Part shown: positions 16,648 to 30,024 of the stretch, in pieces
Layout: the number at the start of each line of letters is the position of its first letter
Position numbering within the stretch: position 1 is the stretch's first letter
Assembly: GCF_009914755.1 (NCBI RefSeq)
Contig: NC_060942.1
Direction: 5' to 3' (one strand)
Length of the DNA: 64,000 nucleotides
Origin: the human T2T-CHM13v2.0 reference genome, Homo sapiens
Notes under the pieces: generated by a model
What the model was told of the DNA's origin: nothing
Seen by the model: only the letters and a program-made list of their open reading frames with translations
Databases searched by the model: none
Translations under genes and position numbers: made by a program

Positions 16648-17745
16648 CTGGCAGTTTTCAAGTGTCTGTAGAGCCATTGTGCAGAGGAGTCGCCTTGGGG
16701 AGCTGAGTCCACGCCCCTCCGATATCTTCTTGGTTCAGAAGTAGAGGCTGTGGGCTGTGTGAAAATACATAGGACTTTTAGGCGCTTAATATATTTTACT
16801 ATGATGCATTTGCTCTTTAGCCAGCACCTGCTCTTTGGAGAGCACTGGTGTGGGTAATTTTGCAAAGTGGAATCTGGAACTTTAAACCAGTGAGGGAGAG
16901 AAGACAAATACACAAGCAGACAACAGTACCTATTACAAGTGACGATGAGTCCACCTGCAGGGGTGGAGTCACCAGTTAGCATGGCCTAAGGATTGCCCTG
17001 AATGGGTACTGGCCTCTTATCATCCTGGCTGCTTCTGGAGAACCCTGTCCCCATCTCCTCTGGAGCTCCAGGATTTCTCTGTTGGCTTCGCACCCCACCC
17101 TGCTCTCACAGCCTGCCTGGCTAGTGCTGACTTGCTGGTCGCCTGGCCAGTGGGTGCCCACTGGCTTCCCTCCCTGAGGCTGCCTCCCTTCCAGAGAACT
17201 GGACAGCTAGGAGTAGACACCTTAACAGCATGGTGAGGACTTCTTAGCCCACTTCCTCTTTGTCTTCTCTCTAACAGCGGTTTCTCCATGCCTGTTCTCC
17301 TCCAGCTTCTCTTAGAGTGTTTGTTTCGGGGCATGGGTACCACTGCTATGGTTTGGGGTTCCTGGCCCATGTCACATTGTGGCTGCGCATCCCAGTGCTC
17401 TGCTCTCTGTGGGGCCTGGTCTGTGAGCCCGGCCCTGTGCAGCGGTGTTGTCTGTGTCAGCATGGTGTGGAGGTGTGGGGTGGGCAGGGTTAGACGGGGG
17501 CGGTTAAGATCATAGCCCATCTTTGGTTAGTGCTTGATGGGGAAGACACAAGTCTCAAAGTCAAAAGCAAGAGTCACAGGGGACCCAGAAATGCTGAGAT
17601 GTTTTGTGGATTGATGAAATTTTGTTGCCCTTTTTTTGAGATAGGGTCTCCCTCTGTTGCCCCAGACTGGCGTGCAGTGGCGTGATCATTTTGCTGCCTT
17701 TTAAGAGAAACCTGTGTATTCTTTTTCGTTTCTGACTCCAGGTGA

Positions 17746-18081
<336 letters not shown>

Positions 18082-19329
18082 TAGAGTAGGACTGGAGGCA
18101 CATCCACATTAGGAGAAAGGCTGTGCTTTTGAAAGTGAATGAAATGCAGTAGGGAACCGGTGCCAGCACTCTGCGAAGTACCCAAGAATCCCCTCGTTTT
18201 TCTTTTTCCTCTGATCATACCATCATCACCTCACAACTTCTTCACTTTCTCTTCTCAAGAATATTAATTTAGTTTTTCCCATTTAATTTTTAGAAAAAAT
18301 AAAGGAAGAAAATAGCCTTTTAATGTCTGTGTGCTTGGCACTTTCCATGTTACTTGTTTCCATTTGTAGAATAACCCTGTGATACGGCTGTTAACTATTA
18401 GTTCCCCTTTTGGAAGATGAGGAAATTGAGGCTCTTCCTTCAGTAGAACCTGAAGAATGAGTTCTTCATACTTGGCTAATGGAGATAAGTGTGTGTTGGG
18501 GGAGGCATTCCAGGTCAGAGGCTATCCAGAAGGGCAAACTAAGAAGGAAAGCTGGGCCTGCGAAAAACACACGCGGAACCGCAGCAGCTCATGGTTGGGG
18601 GCAGATTGTATTGGGAATTTGGTGTGAGGCCAAGAAGTTTGGACTTAATTTGGAAGGTGATTCCAGGATTTTTAATAGGAGGAGTGATAGCTATAATTAA
18701 AAGGAATTTTAGAAAAATTTATCTGGAAATTCTGAACAAGAGGCTGGAGACAGGGAGAACAGAGCATTGGTCTCGGTGTGAGGTGAGATGGTCAAAATAG
18801 AGGACCGACAGCGATTATAAAGAGAATGAGGGCGCATCTGCAAAATAGCGCCAGGGAAGTGGGCAGGGCCCAGGGAGAAGAATTGGAGGTGAAATTCTTA
18901 GTTTGAGAAAATAATGGTATTGAAAGAGAGGAGTCTGATATTGAGTAAGAGATGACGAAGTTAGTTTAAGAAAGCTGAAATGGTTGTGGGATATCTGATT
19001 GTACATACCCGCAAGGCACTTGAACTAGATATCTCAAGAAAAACAAAAACCAGATTTGAACCTCTCTGAAGTGAAGTGACTGTGGTTTGATGTGGGGGTG
19101 TTTAGTGAATACAGTTTTAAAAAATCAGAAGTCTGAAGTTTAAACCGTGGACAATGTGTGCATTTATAGATTGCCCTTTAGAGATTTAAGAAATTTAAGA
19201 AAATTTCAGCATACATTGGGAACAGTTGAACTAATTTTTTAAAACTTCCCCTGCATGCTCTCCCTTAGTAATAATAGGTGGCCTTTTTGCTTTTATCGTT
19301 CAATATGTTCTTCATATAAAAATTAAATG

Positions 19330-19627
19330 CAGCTGGCCATGGTGGTTCATGCCTGTAATCACGGCACTTTGGGAGGCCGAGGCAGGCGAATTGCTTCAGC
19401 TCAGGGGTTTGGGACCAGCCTGGGCAACATAGTGAGACCTTGTATCTACAAAAAATATAAAAATTAGTCAGGTGTGGTGGTGTGCACCTGTAGTCCCAGC
19501 TACTTGGGAGTCTGAGGTGAGAGGAATGGTTTGAGCCTGGGAGGGGGAGGCTGCAGTGAGCCGAGATCACGCCACTGCATGCCAGCCTAGGCAACCTAGT
19601 GAGACCTTGTCTCAAAAAAAAAAAAAA
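19330..19627 (+). mobile_element. Alu (AluJ-like), followed by a short L1M 3' end to about 19688
   Basis: Dimer with poly-A; then atggttaagatggtaaattttatg. Confidence 0.85.
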
Positions 19628-20092
19628 TAATGTATATGGTTAAGATGGTAAATTTTATGTTTTGTGTGTTTTACCATGATTAAAAAAAGCTAAATGTACA
19701 CCTGGCTATATTTTAAAGGGAAACGGTAGTTCCTATTTATCGGTGTTAATTTTTAGAATTGAAACCCCAGTTATATTGCTGTTGTGGAAGGAAAGGCTGG
19801 CATTGTTAGACGATACCTGAAGGATGGAGAGAGAGAGAGAAATAATTTCTTTCCTTGTGATCCCTATAACCAAATTCTTAGGAGGGACCTATTGTTTTTT
19901 AATAAGCTGTTATTTCATATATTAAGTGATCAGTGATCCAGTTGTTGTGTTGCGTACCATTGGCCAAAAAGATAAACCAAATAAATCATTTATCATCTCC
20001 GGCCACAGACTGGGGCTGGCTGTAGTCGTGGAAGATAATCTGAATGATTTTGTGTGCAGAAATCATAGAGAATGCAAACTTTTGAAATTCTA

Positions 20093-20403
20093 TTTCTTTC
20101 TTTTTTTTTTTTTTTTGGTTGAGACTGGGTCTCACTCTTGTCACCCAGGCTGGAGTGTAGTGGCACGATCTTCGCTCACTGCAACCTCCGACTCCAGAGT
20201 TCTAGCAGTTCTCGTGCCTCAGCCTCCCGAGTAGCTGAGACTACAGGTGCGTGACACCATGGCCGGCCAATTTTTGTATTTTTAGTATAGACAGGGTTTC
20301 ACCATGTTGGCCAGTGTGGTCTTGAACTCCTGGCCTCAAGTGGTCTACCTGCCTCGGCCTCTGGAAGTGCTGGGACTACAGGTGTGAGCTGCCAAACCCG
20401 GCC
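20093..20403 (-). mobile_element. Alu
   Basis: Reverse dimer. Confidence 0.88.
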
Positions 20404-20651
20404 TGAAAATTGTGTTTCTAATAACCTATGGTTTAAAAGTTGCTACATCATTTTGATTAGTCGCTGACCTTGAGGCAGTTTACTGGTGAGAGGAGAAAAT
20501 GGAAAGCCAATATCCAGAGCTGTTAAACACTGTACGAATTACTTCTTTTTTTAGGTTGCTTTTCGCCAATATTCTTTGGAAGTAAAAGGATTATAGTATA
20601 CAACGTCTCATCCCGGCTCTCCCCTGCATTTTCACATTCCCAGGTTCTCCA

Positions 20652-20945
20652 TTTTTTTTTCTTTCTTTTTTTTTTTTTTTAAGACAAGGTCTGGCTCTGT
20701 TGCCCAGGCTGAAGTGCAATGGCACAAACATACTCACTGCAGCCTCTGCCTCCAGGGCTCAAGCTATCCTTCCACTCCAGCATCTGGAGTAGCTGGGACT
20801 ATAGGTGTGCTCCACCACGCCCATCTAAATTTTGTATTTTTTGTAGAGATGGAGTTTTGCCATGTTGTCCAGGCTGGTCTCAAACTTGTGAGCTCTTGGC
20901 CTCCCAACATGCTGGGATTATAGGTGTGAGCCACCATGCTTGGCC
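20652..20945 (-). mobile_element. Alu (AluJ-like)
   Basis: Reverse dimer. Confidence 0.85.
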
Positions 20946-21009
20946 GGTTCTCTTTAACTATTCACTATTTCTATCTTACTTTAAAAGCAACCAACCACCA
21001 ACAACTAAA

Positions 21010-21640
21010 GTCTGTGCCTTATTTGGATTTCCTTAGTTTTTACCTATTGTCCTTTTTCTGTTCCAGGAGTCCGTCTAGGATATCACATTACATTTAGTCT
21101 TCAGACTTTACTTGGCCATGACCATTTCTCAGACTTCCCTTGTTTTCGATGACCTTGACAGTTGTAAGGAATACTGGTCAGGGATGTTGTAGGAGGTCCC
21201 ACCATTGGGATTTGTCTGATGTGTCTCCTGTGGTCAGGCTGGGGTAGTGTGTCTCTGGGAAGAAGGTCTCGGAGGCAGTGTGCCATTCTCATCACAGCCC
21301 GGGGACATACTGTCCGTGTAACTTACCACAGTTGATGCTGACCTTGACCACCTGGCTGAGGTTGTGTTCATCAGGTTTCTTTCTCCGTGGTAAAGTTGCT
21401 TTTTTCTCCCCTTTCCGTACTGTCCTCGGAAGAAAGTCATTGAAGGGGCAGGGAGTTCTTCACTGCATAAGGGTGGGGCATCTACATAAATTACTTTGGA
21501 ACTTCTGCACAGGGGATGGTTTGCATATCCTGTTTAGTTATTCCATCATTTATATCAGTATGCATTCATGGATATTTATTTAATATTTTGGGTTGTAACA
21601 CAACACTACTTTATTTTGTTGCTCGGATTGTTCCAGTTTT
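21010..21640 (-). mobile_element. Old L1MC/ME-type 3' region
   Basis: tcctttttctgttccagga..atcacattacatttag..gatgaccttgacagtt..ggaatactggtca..ttgggatttgtctgatg. Confidence 0.55.
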
Positions 21641-22441
21641 CCATGGGCTTCTATGTCCCTTTGACACGCCCCATCAGTGTAGTTTTTTTGTTTTTTTTGG
21701 AGGCAGGGGGACATTCAGCTCTTTCTTACCTTCTGACACTATAAGATTCATTGGTAGGTGCATTTCCTGCCCATTCCTAGATCGGTCATTTCTCCGAGGA
21801 GCCCTGGCTTCGTTCAGTGGAGAATGGTGTGGGAAATGCAGCTCCGGGCAGGTTGTCTTCCTCACTTTTGGTTGTTGTCAGGCACCTGCACCGGTGCTGG
21901 GTTCACCTTCTCCCATGACCTCACTTTCTTCTTTTTCCTATCTAATTTTGCCATAGATTGCCCAGCTCTGATTTTTACAGCTGTCAGATTTTTAGAAGAC
22001 CAAGCTAATACAAAATTATTATTACTTGAAAGAGAAATTGGCTGCTTCTTTATGTGATCTGAATTCCAGTATTAATACTATGTAGGAATCTGGCTGTAAA
22101 GATTGAATTTGGATTGATAGTGTTTTTGGACTGTGATTTGTCTTTTATTACAGCATCCAGGAACTTTACAGATTTATGAACCATAGTGAAATAGTTAAAA
22201 ACTTATTAATGTTAAATTTTAACAAAGACCCAAATGTCAGAGTTTTGCATTTCTGTATAATTCTTGGGGTTCCCTTGAGAAAACTCACTTGCGAGGTTCC
22301 TGAGGACCTGGAAAAGATGGCTCACAGGTCTCACCTCCTCCTCCACCTATCTACAGAGGAGACAGCCTCATGTTTTGCAGGGTGCAGAGAAGCAGGGGTC
22401 CTTTCAGATATGACCATTAAGGCTGCTGCTGCTGCTTATGA

Positions 22442-22750
<309 letters not shown>

Positions 22751-22760
22751 GAGAAGTTTT

Positions 22761-22830
22761 TTGTTTTTTTTTTGAGATGGAGTTTCACTCTTGTTGCCCC
22801 AGGCTGGAGTGCAGTGGTGCGATCCCGGCG
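22761..22830 (-). mobile_element. Very short 5'-truncated Alu with TSD
   Basis: gagaagtttt at 22751-60 and 22831-40. Confidence 0.8.
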
Positions 22831-24183
22831 GAGAAGTTTTATACCCAGTGAAGTGTTGTGTCTGTGTATATTCATAATTTTGTGGTCATTTGGGGGTTGC
22901 AAAGATCAGGAGGGTTCAGGAGAGGATGGTCAGGTAGCTGTGCTTCCGGTCAGCATGTCTTCCGTCTGCCTCCCAGGTCCTGACGTGGTAGATTTCTCAT
23001 TTGTGCCTCATCCTCTAATTCTGATCTCTCCCAAGGCTCACTCCCAGCCAGTGAGTTCTGTTTTTGACAAGGTGAGCCCCTGAGCTTCCCACAAGACTTC
23101 TAGCACCAGTCCTTCCCCATAAAGATGATGCCCACTTACCTTCTTTCCTTCTTTTGCTGAAAGCCGCAGTCTGACTAGGAAGGTTAATAAATGAGATGAC
23201 CACAGACTGTTTTCCTGAATGTGATACTGGCCAAATAGGTCTCCTGCCTGGTTGTAGGTCTCTTTTCTGTGATTCTTAAATGAAAAGGGTAGGAGTATTC
23301 TTTGACATTCTCTAACCACTGGTCACTCATTGTTTGAATGTTATGCTGTTTTGTGCTGTGTGTTTAATTATGACAAGGCTCCCTCTAAATATCAGTAGCC
23401 CCTTTCCATATCCCTGGGGTTGAGTGTATGCTGTTATCCTCATTTTTTAGGTGGAAAATTTTTGGACACAAGCCAGGAACAAAGGGAATGCTGGTGCTGG
23501 AATGGAATCATGTTGCCACGGGTGTTGTGCTCTCCCACTTATTGTTTGTGTGTTGTGTAGCTGGGATGTTAAATGCTCTTTTTCTTCATGAAAGTTTGTC
23601 CATAGACAATTTATTTCAGGGAACTGTATGGATAGGCTTTGTATGTCCTTGCTTATTAATAAATGACGAGAGTGTAGATCGGTAAGTTGTTTCATAGAGC
23701 TGAAGAAAGAAATAAACAGGAAATTCATCAGCTCCCTGCATCCATTCATTCATCATTCATTGATTTATAACTAGCAAAAACATAAGAGAAAAAAATAAAC
23801 ATTCAAATAATAGGAAAAGTGAAATACAGTAAGGCATCTTTTTGTTGCCTTTGATATTAGCTAATAATGACATTAGCTTATGAAGTTGAGGGACAAGATG
23901 CAGTAAAAGTAACTCTAATGCATAATTTGCAACAATAAAAGTTTCTGCAGCCTTTTGGGAAATCATTTTGGCATTTGTATTCATGGATCAGAAAAAATGA
24001 CCTGCAGTTAGATCAAAATTTGGTGACTACTGACATCCGTGTTTTTGGAGATTTGTAATACTCATTAGCATAATAGTGGCTCTTGCCTGAAAGAAATCTG
24101 TTTAACTTCAGAAAATCCAGCATTTGCTATGTGCATTTCAGTCTTGTCTTTGTGAAAGACCTAATAACATCCTACAGAACTAG

Positions 24184-24518
<335 letters not shown>

Positions 24519-25218
24519 TGAAGATTTTTAATGTTTTCCTAGAGCAGGTGAAGGTCATTGACAAAACATAGGATTTAGAGGAACATGTTGGGAGGGAATA
24601 TGAGGGCTTTAGTTTTAAGTTTGACCTCGTGTAGGGAGAGCCAAGCAGAATATCATCCCAGCAATGGAAAGACGACTCTTAAGGCAGAATTAGGACTAAA
24701 GATAGAAACCCGTTTGTTCTGACTGTTGTGACCATGGGAGTTGCTGAGGTTGCCTTTCAACAAAGGTAGATAACAAAAGAGAATCTGAAGGGACTCATGA
24801 AAGGAGAGAAGAGGAAGAGCCAGTGAGTCAGGAAAAGCCAGGTGAGCTTGAGGCAGTGCTGTGGGGTCCACGAGAGGAAAGGATGACCAGAAAATGAAAT
24901 TCTGCAGAGGTCACAGGCAACATGAAAGATGATTAGCAGCAAAAACAGGCACGCGGGAACACGGATTGGGAATGGATCGTTGCTGGAGTGTTTTCTGGCT
25001 GTGAGACTACACTATTCAGCGACGGCATGCACTTTCATTTGGACCCAGGAGGAAGGGCCACTCAGGGAGGCGCTATGGCCACCTCAGGTCACTAGCTAAT
25101 AGTAGTAAATAGGGCAGCAAGGATTTCATCTCCAAAGCTGTCTCCTTTGTATTATGTCACATAGCCTGGGTTTTCCCTTTTTAACTTTTAGGTTGAAATA
25201 ATTTTAACTTAAAGTTTT

Positions 25219-25353
25219 GGCTGGGTACAGTGGCTCACATGTTTGTAATCCCTGTGTTTTGGGAGGCCAAGGTGGAAGGATCACTGGAGCCCAGGAGTAA
25301 CCAGCCTAGACAACATAGCAAGACCCTGTCTCTACAAAAAAAAGAAAAAATAA
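25219..25353 (+). mobile_element. Alu monomer (FLAM-like)
   Basis: Single arm with A tail. Confidence 0.75.
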
Positions 25354-25722
25354 ATGTTGCAAAAATAGGACAGAGAATTTCTGTGTACTCATTTACCCAA
25401 CTTTACTTAAAGGTCACATCTTGTAATTCTAACACACTTGTGAAAACTAAAAAATTATCATTCGTACAATACTACTAACTAGATTTCAGCAGTTTTTTAC
25501 TAGAGGATGGTGTTTGTGCACGGTCCTTTTTCATTAGCCTTACAATGTACAGTCATAATTTTGTTTTCTGAGTTGTTTAGGTTAGTTTTTTGTTCCCTGA
25601 ACCCTTCAGTGTAGTCATGTTATTCATTTGTATGAATGACCAAAATTACAGTTGGTCTTAATTTTGGACGCCCCCTCCCATTCCTGGTTTTTATTTTTAA
25701 ATTTAATATTTACACACAGTGA

Positions 25723-26305
<583 letters not shown>

Positions 26306-26708
26306 CTGCCTGGATTTCAATGGTGGTTTTGAGAGAGTGGATTGTCAGAGTGCTGGGGAGATACTGGGAGGAGCAGGATATGTCCCAGTACTGGAGAACT
26401 TGAGCCATGAAGGCTGCGTGGCAAGAGGACAGAGCACCAAGGGTTCCAGGGTAAGGCTGGAGGAGATCTCTCTATGCCACTAGGCAAATGGGATAGGAAT
26501 TACCCAAAATAGAAGGGACAGACCAAGCTCACTGTGGAGGATCGGCTTGGCAAAGCCAGCATGAAGGTACAGGCAAGATTTGAAGGAATGAAGCTGTGGG
26601 AGACCTCTTGACTGGTGACTATGATTTTTTAAGTTAACCTCAGAAAGAAAAGGGGGGATGGAGTTTAGAAGAGGGAGAGATTAGTAACATCTGCAGGCCA
26701 CAGCCTTA

Positions 26709-26964
26709 GGCCAGGCAGGGTTGCTCAAGCCTTTAATCCCAGCACTTGGGAGGGGAGGCTGGAGGATCACTCGAGGCCAGTTTGAGACCAGTCTGGGTGA
26801 GAGCAAGACCCCATTTCTACAGCAAATAAGAATTAGCTGAGTGTGGCGGTGCTTGTAAGGATCACTTGAGCCCAGAAGTTCGAGGCTGCAGTGAGCTATG
26901 ATCATGGCACTGCACTCCAGCCTGGACAGCAGAGCCAGGTCCTGTGTCAAAGGAAAGAAAAGAA
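26709..26964 (+). mobile_element. Degraded AluJ-like element
   Basis: Dimer with internal deletions. Confidence 0.75.
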
Positions 26965-28729
26965 GCAGCCCTTGTCTCTTGGCAGGATGGGAGTTAATAA
27001 GGAAAAACAAAATTGCAGTGCTAAATGACGCTGAGGACCTGCTGTGGAGGGCTACAGGCACGCCCTCAATTTCCCTGGAGCTTCTCTCCTGGAAAAAGCA
27101 AAGGAGCTCTCACTGTAGCTGAGCTTTCGTTTTGACCCAGAAGAGTTTGGAGTTGGGGAGTGAGCTTTCTTAGAGAGCTGTGATGTGAGAAGTAGGCCGA
27201 GTGGGGGAGGTTGAGCTTTCAGAGAAGGCTGAGGTTTGTAGGGACAGGGACTTTCCCTTAGTTGCTCCTGATGTGCGAGGTGGGGAATGGATGGGGGCGG
27301 GGAGCCTACTTTTATAACCTTGAGGGAGGAGTGTGGAATAACTGCAGCAAAGGGCTGGGGCTGGCTTCACTCCTCTATTTCCCAAGGTCGTGACCTGGTT
27401 CGTGGCATTAGTATGTGACTCCTGTGTTGATATTTCCAGAAGCAGTTTGAATTTCAGATCAGGAAATCTGTTATATTTCAGATCAGGAATATCAAGTGTT
27501 AGCTGAAGAAGAAAACATACTACCTTGAGCAAAGTATTTGTATATCCATGATTGGTATCATCAGGTTTAAGGAAACCAGTAAATAACTATTTTGGATAGT
27601 AGCAACTATATTTGCTAATTTCTTGTTAACTCATACAGAATTAACAAAACATACATTTGTTCTTTGACTGTGCGTATAAACTGTATTTGTACGCTATGTG
27701 TTACCCTGGTGTAGGCTGCTTAGAAAATGAAGCTCTTGTGCTGAGAGGGGGCAGAGTGTGATCAGGGTGCCCAGCAGTGCTGACAGGTCAGAGGGTCCAG
27801 GCGACTTGTTGGTGTCCCATTGTGTCAGCTTTCTTCCCTGTGGCCGGGGAGGAACCTTTAGACCTGCAAGGTGCTCTGGGCTGGCTGTCTCGACTTAATC
27901 AGGGTCTGATTAGTGTGAAGGCTAAAGGTAAAATGAAACTTTTCTGTGGCATTTGTCACTGGCATGGGACCTTCAGATGGCAAGTAATTAAGAGATTCCA
28001 TAGCTTTTTTCATAACTGCTTATTTTTCTTTTCCACATTTTTTCATGTGTGTGTCTGCGTGTATGCTATTTTTTTGAAATCTGAGAATCTGCCATTTTTG
28101 GGGCCCAGTCTCTCCCACCCCTGCCTGCACTTCCTAGAGAGAGGCAGTGAACCATGGCAGCTGCTCCAGAGGCGCGGCTGATCAAATTTTTAAAAAAAAC
28201 TTGGCCCCCAAACTGACCCATGTCCCCAGCTGGTTTAGGAAGAGTGAAGAAGCATGAGGTCGACCTGCGTAGCTGAACCGATTTGGTGTTTGGAATGGAA
28301 ATGCAGTGAGAAAATAGGTTTCCCTGATATGCAGTCGAGATTGAAGTGGGATAAAAGCGGCAGAAGATCAGTTGGAAGAGAAGAGAGAAGGTTTTTTTTC
28401 TTTTCTTTGGTGGAAGAGATACAATGTGCAGAGCCTTGGAAATTCTAAAGATGTAAGAGATTGGTGATGGAGGCAGAGCTAAGGTTTGCATAATGATAAT
28501 GGGAAGAGCAAGAATTTGAATGTAGGCAGCCAAGAGAAGTCAATCCCTGTGTTTCTTGAAGATGTATAAAAACTGGGGATGCTAGCTAGATTCATTTTCT
28601 AAGAGGAGGAAATTAAATTTGAAACATTACGTAATATAAACATAAGTTATAAGAACATTTTATATTTGAAGGAAAGATAGGAAAGATGAAAACATGCTAG
28701 ATCCATTCATTTATTGAATTATTTTTTTG

Positions 28730-28868
28730 GGGCCAGGCACAGTGGCTCACACCTGTAATCCTGGCACTTTGGGAGGCTGAGGCAGGAGGATTGTTTGAGC
28801 TCAGGAGTTCGAGACCAGCTTGGACAACATAGTGAGACCCCATCCTAAAAGAAAGGGAAAGGAAAAAA
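28730..28868 (+). mobile_element. Alu monomer (FLAM-like)
   Basis: Single arm. Confidence 0.75.
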
Positions 28869-29661
28869 TATATATATATAAAAGAATTATTTTTTTAAAA
28901 ATTCAGCGGAATAAAAAAGATACAATGAAGGGTCTCAGTGGCCAGATAGTGCTAGAAAATAAGACTGGGAATCCCAAAGCAGACCTTGTATTATTACAGT
29001 TGTTTTATGGGAAGCCTTTATAATACTGCCAAGATGGTCAGTAGACTTTGATTTGTTTTTCTCTAAGTAGGACTGTTATGATTTAGAGGGTATTGATTTT
29101 CATTAAGGGAAATGTTAGTTTCTGTATTAAATAGGGAACCAGCGTTTTCACAGGTCAGAGGAGGCAGACCTTGGCTGGATTTAGGCGTGCATCTTTCTGT
29201 TTCAGGATTAAAGTTGGGATTTAATGGTTAGGCTGTGCCTATGCCTTTAATACTGACATTCTCTAATTGGAAATTGGGAAACCAACAATTTTTTTATTGC
29301 AAAGGAAGAAGAATTTTGTTACAAAGTATGAGAAGTATGATTAAGGGGTGAATAGGTTTTTCTTACGTTTTTCTTTTGACTTCATAACTTTTGACTTCTG
29401 CCAACAAAGATGAAATAGCTTTTCATAATTCTCAGAGGCTTTGAGTAGGAAAGGAAATGTTTTGTCTCTGTGTCATACGAGAAAATAAAGTGATCATGTG
29501 ACAGACCTGAGTTCTTTCAATTTCCTTTTTTGTAAACAGGTCTGATTCCCTCAGATATTGTTGATGTCTTTGGGTGAAAGAACATTATACATTAAGCACA
29601 AATGCTATTAGTGAATTATAGGTCATTTATATAGGGTTTACTTTTAAATTAAAAGACCATT

Positions 29662-30024
<363 letters not shown>

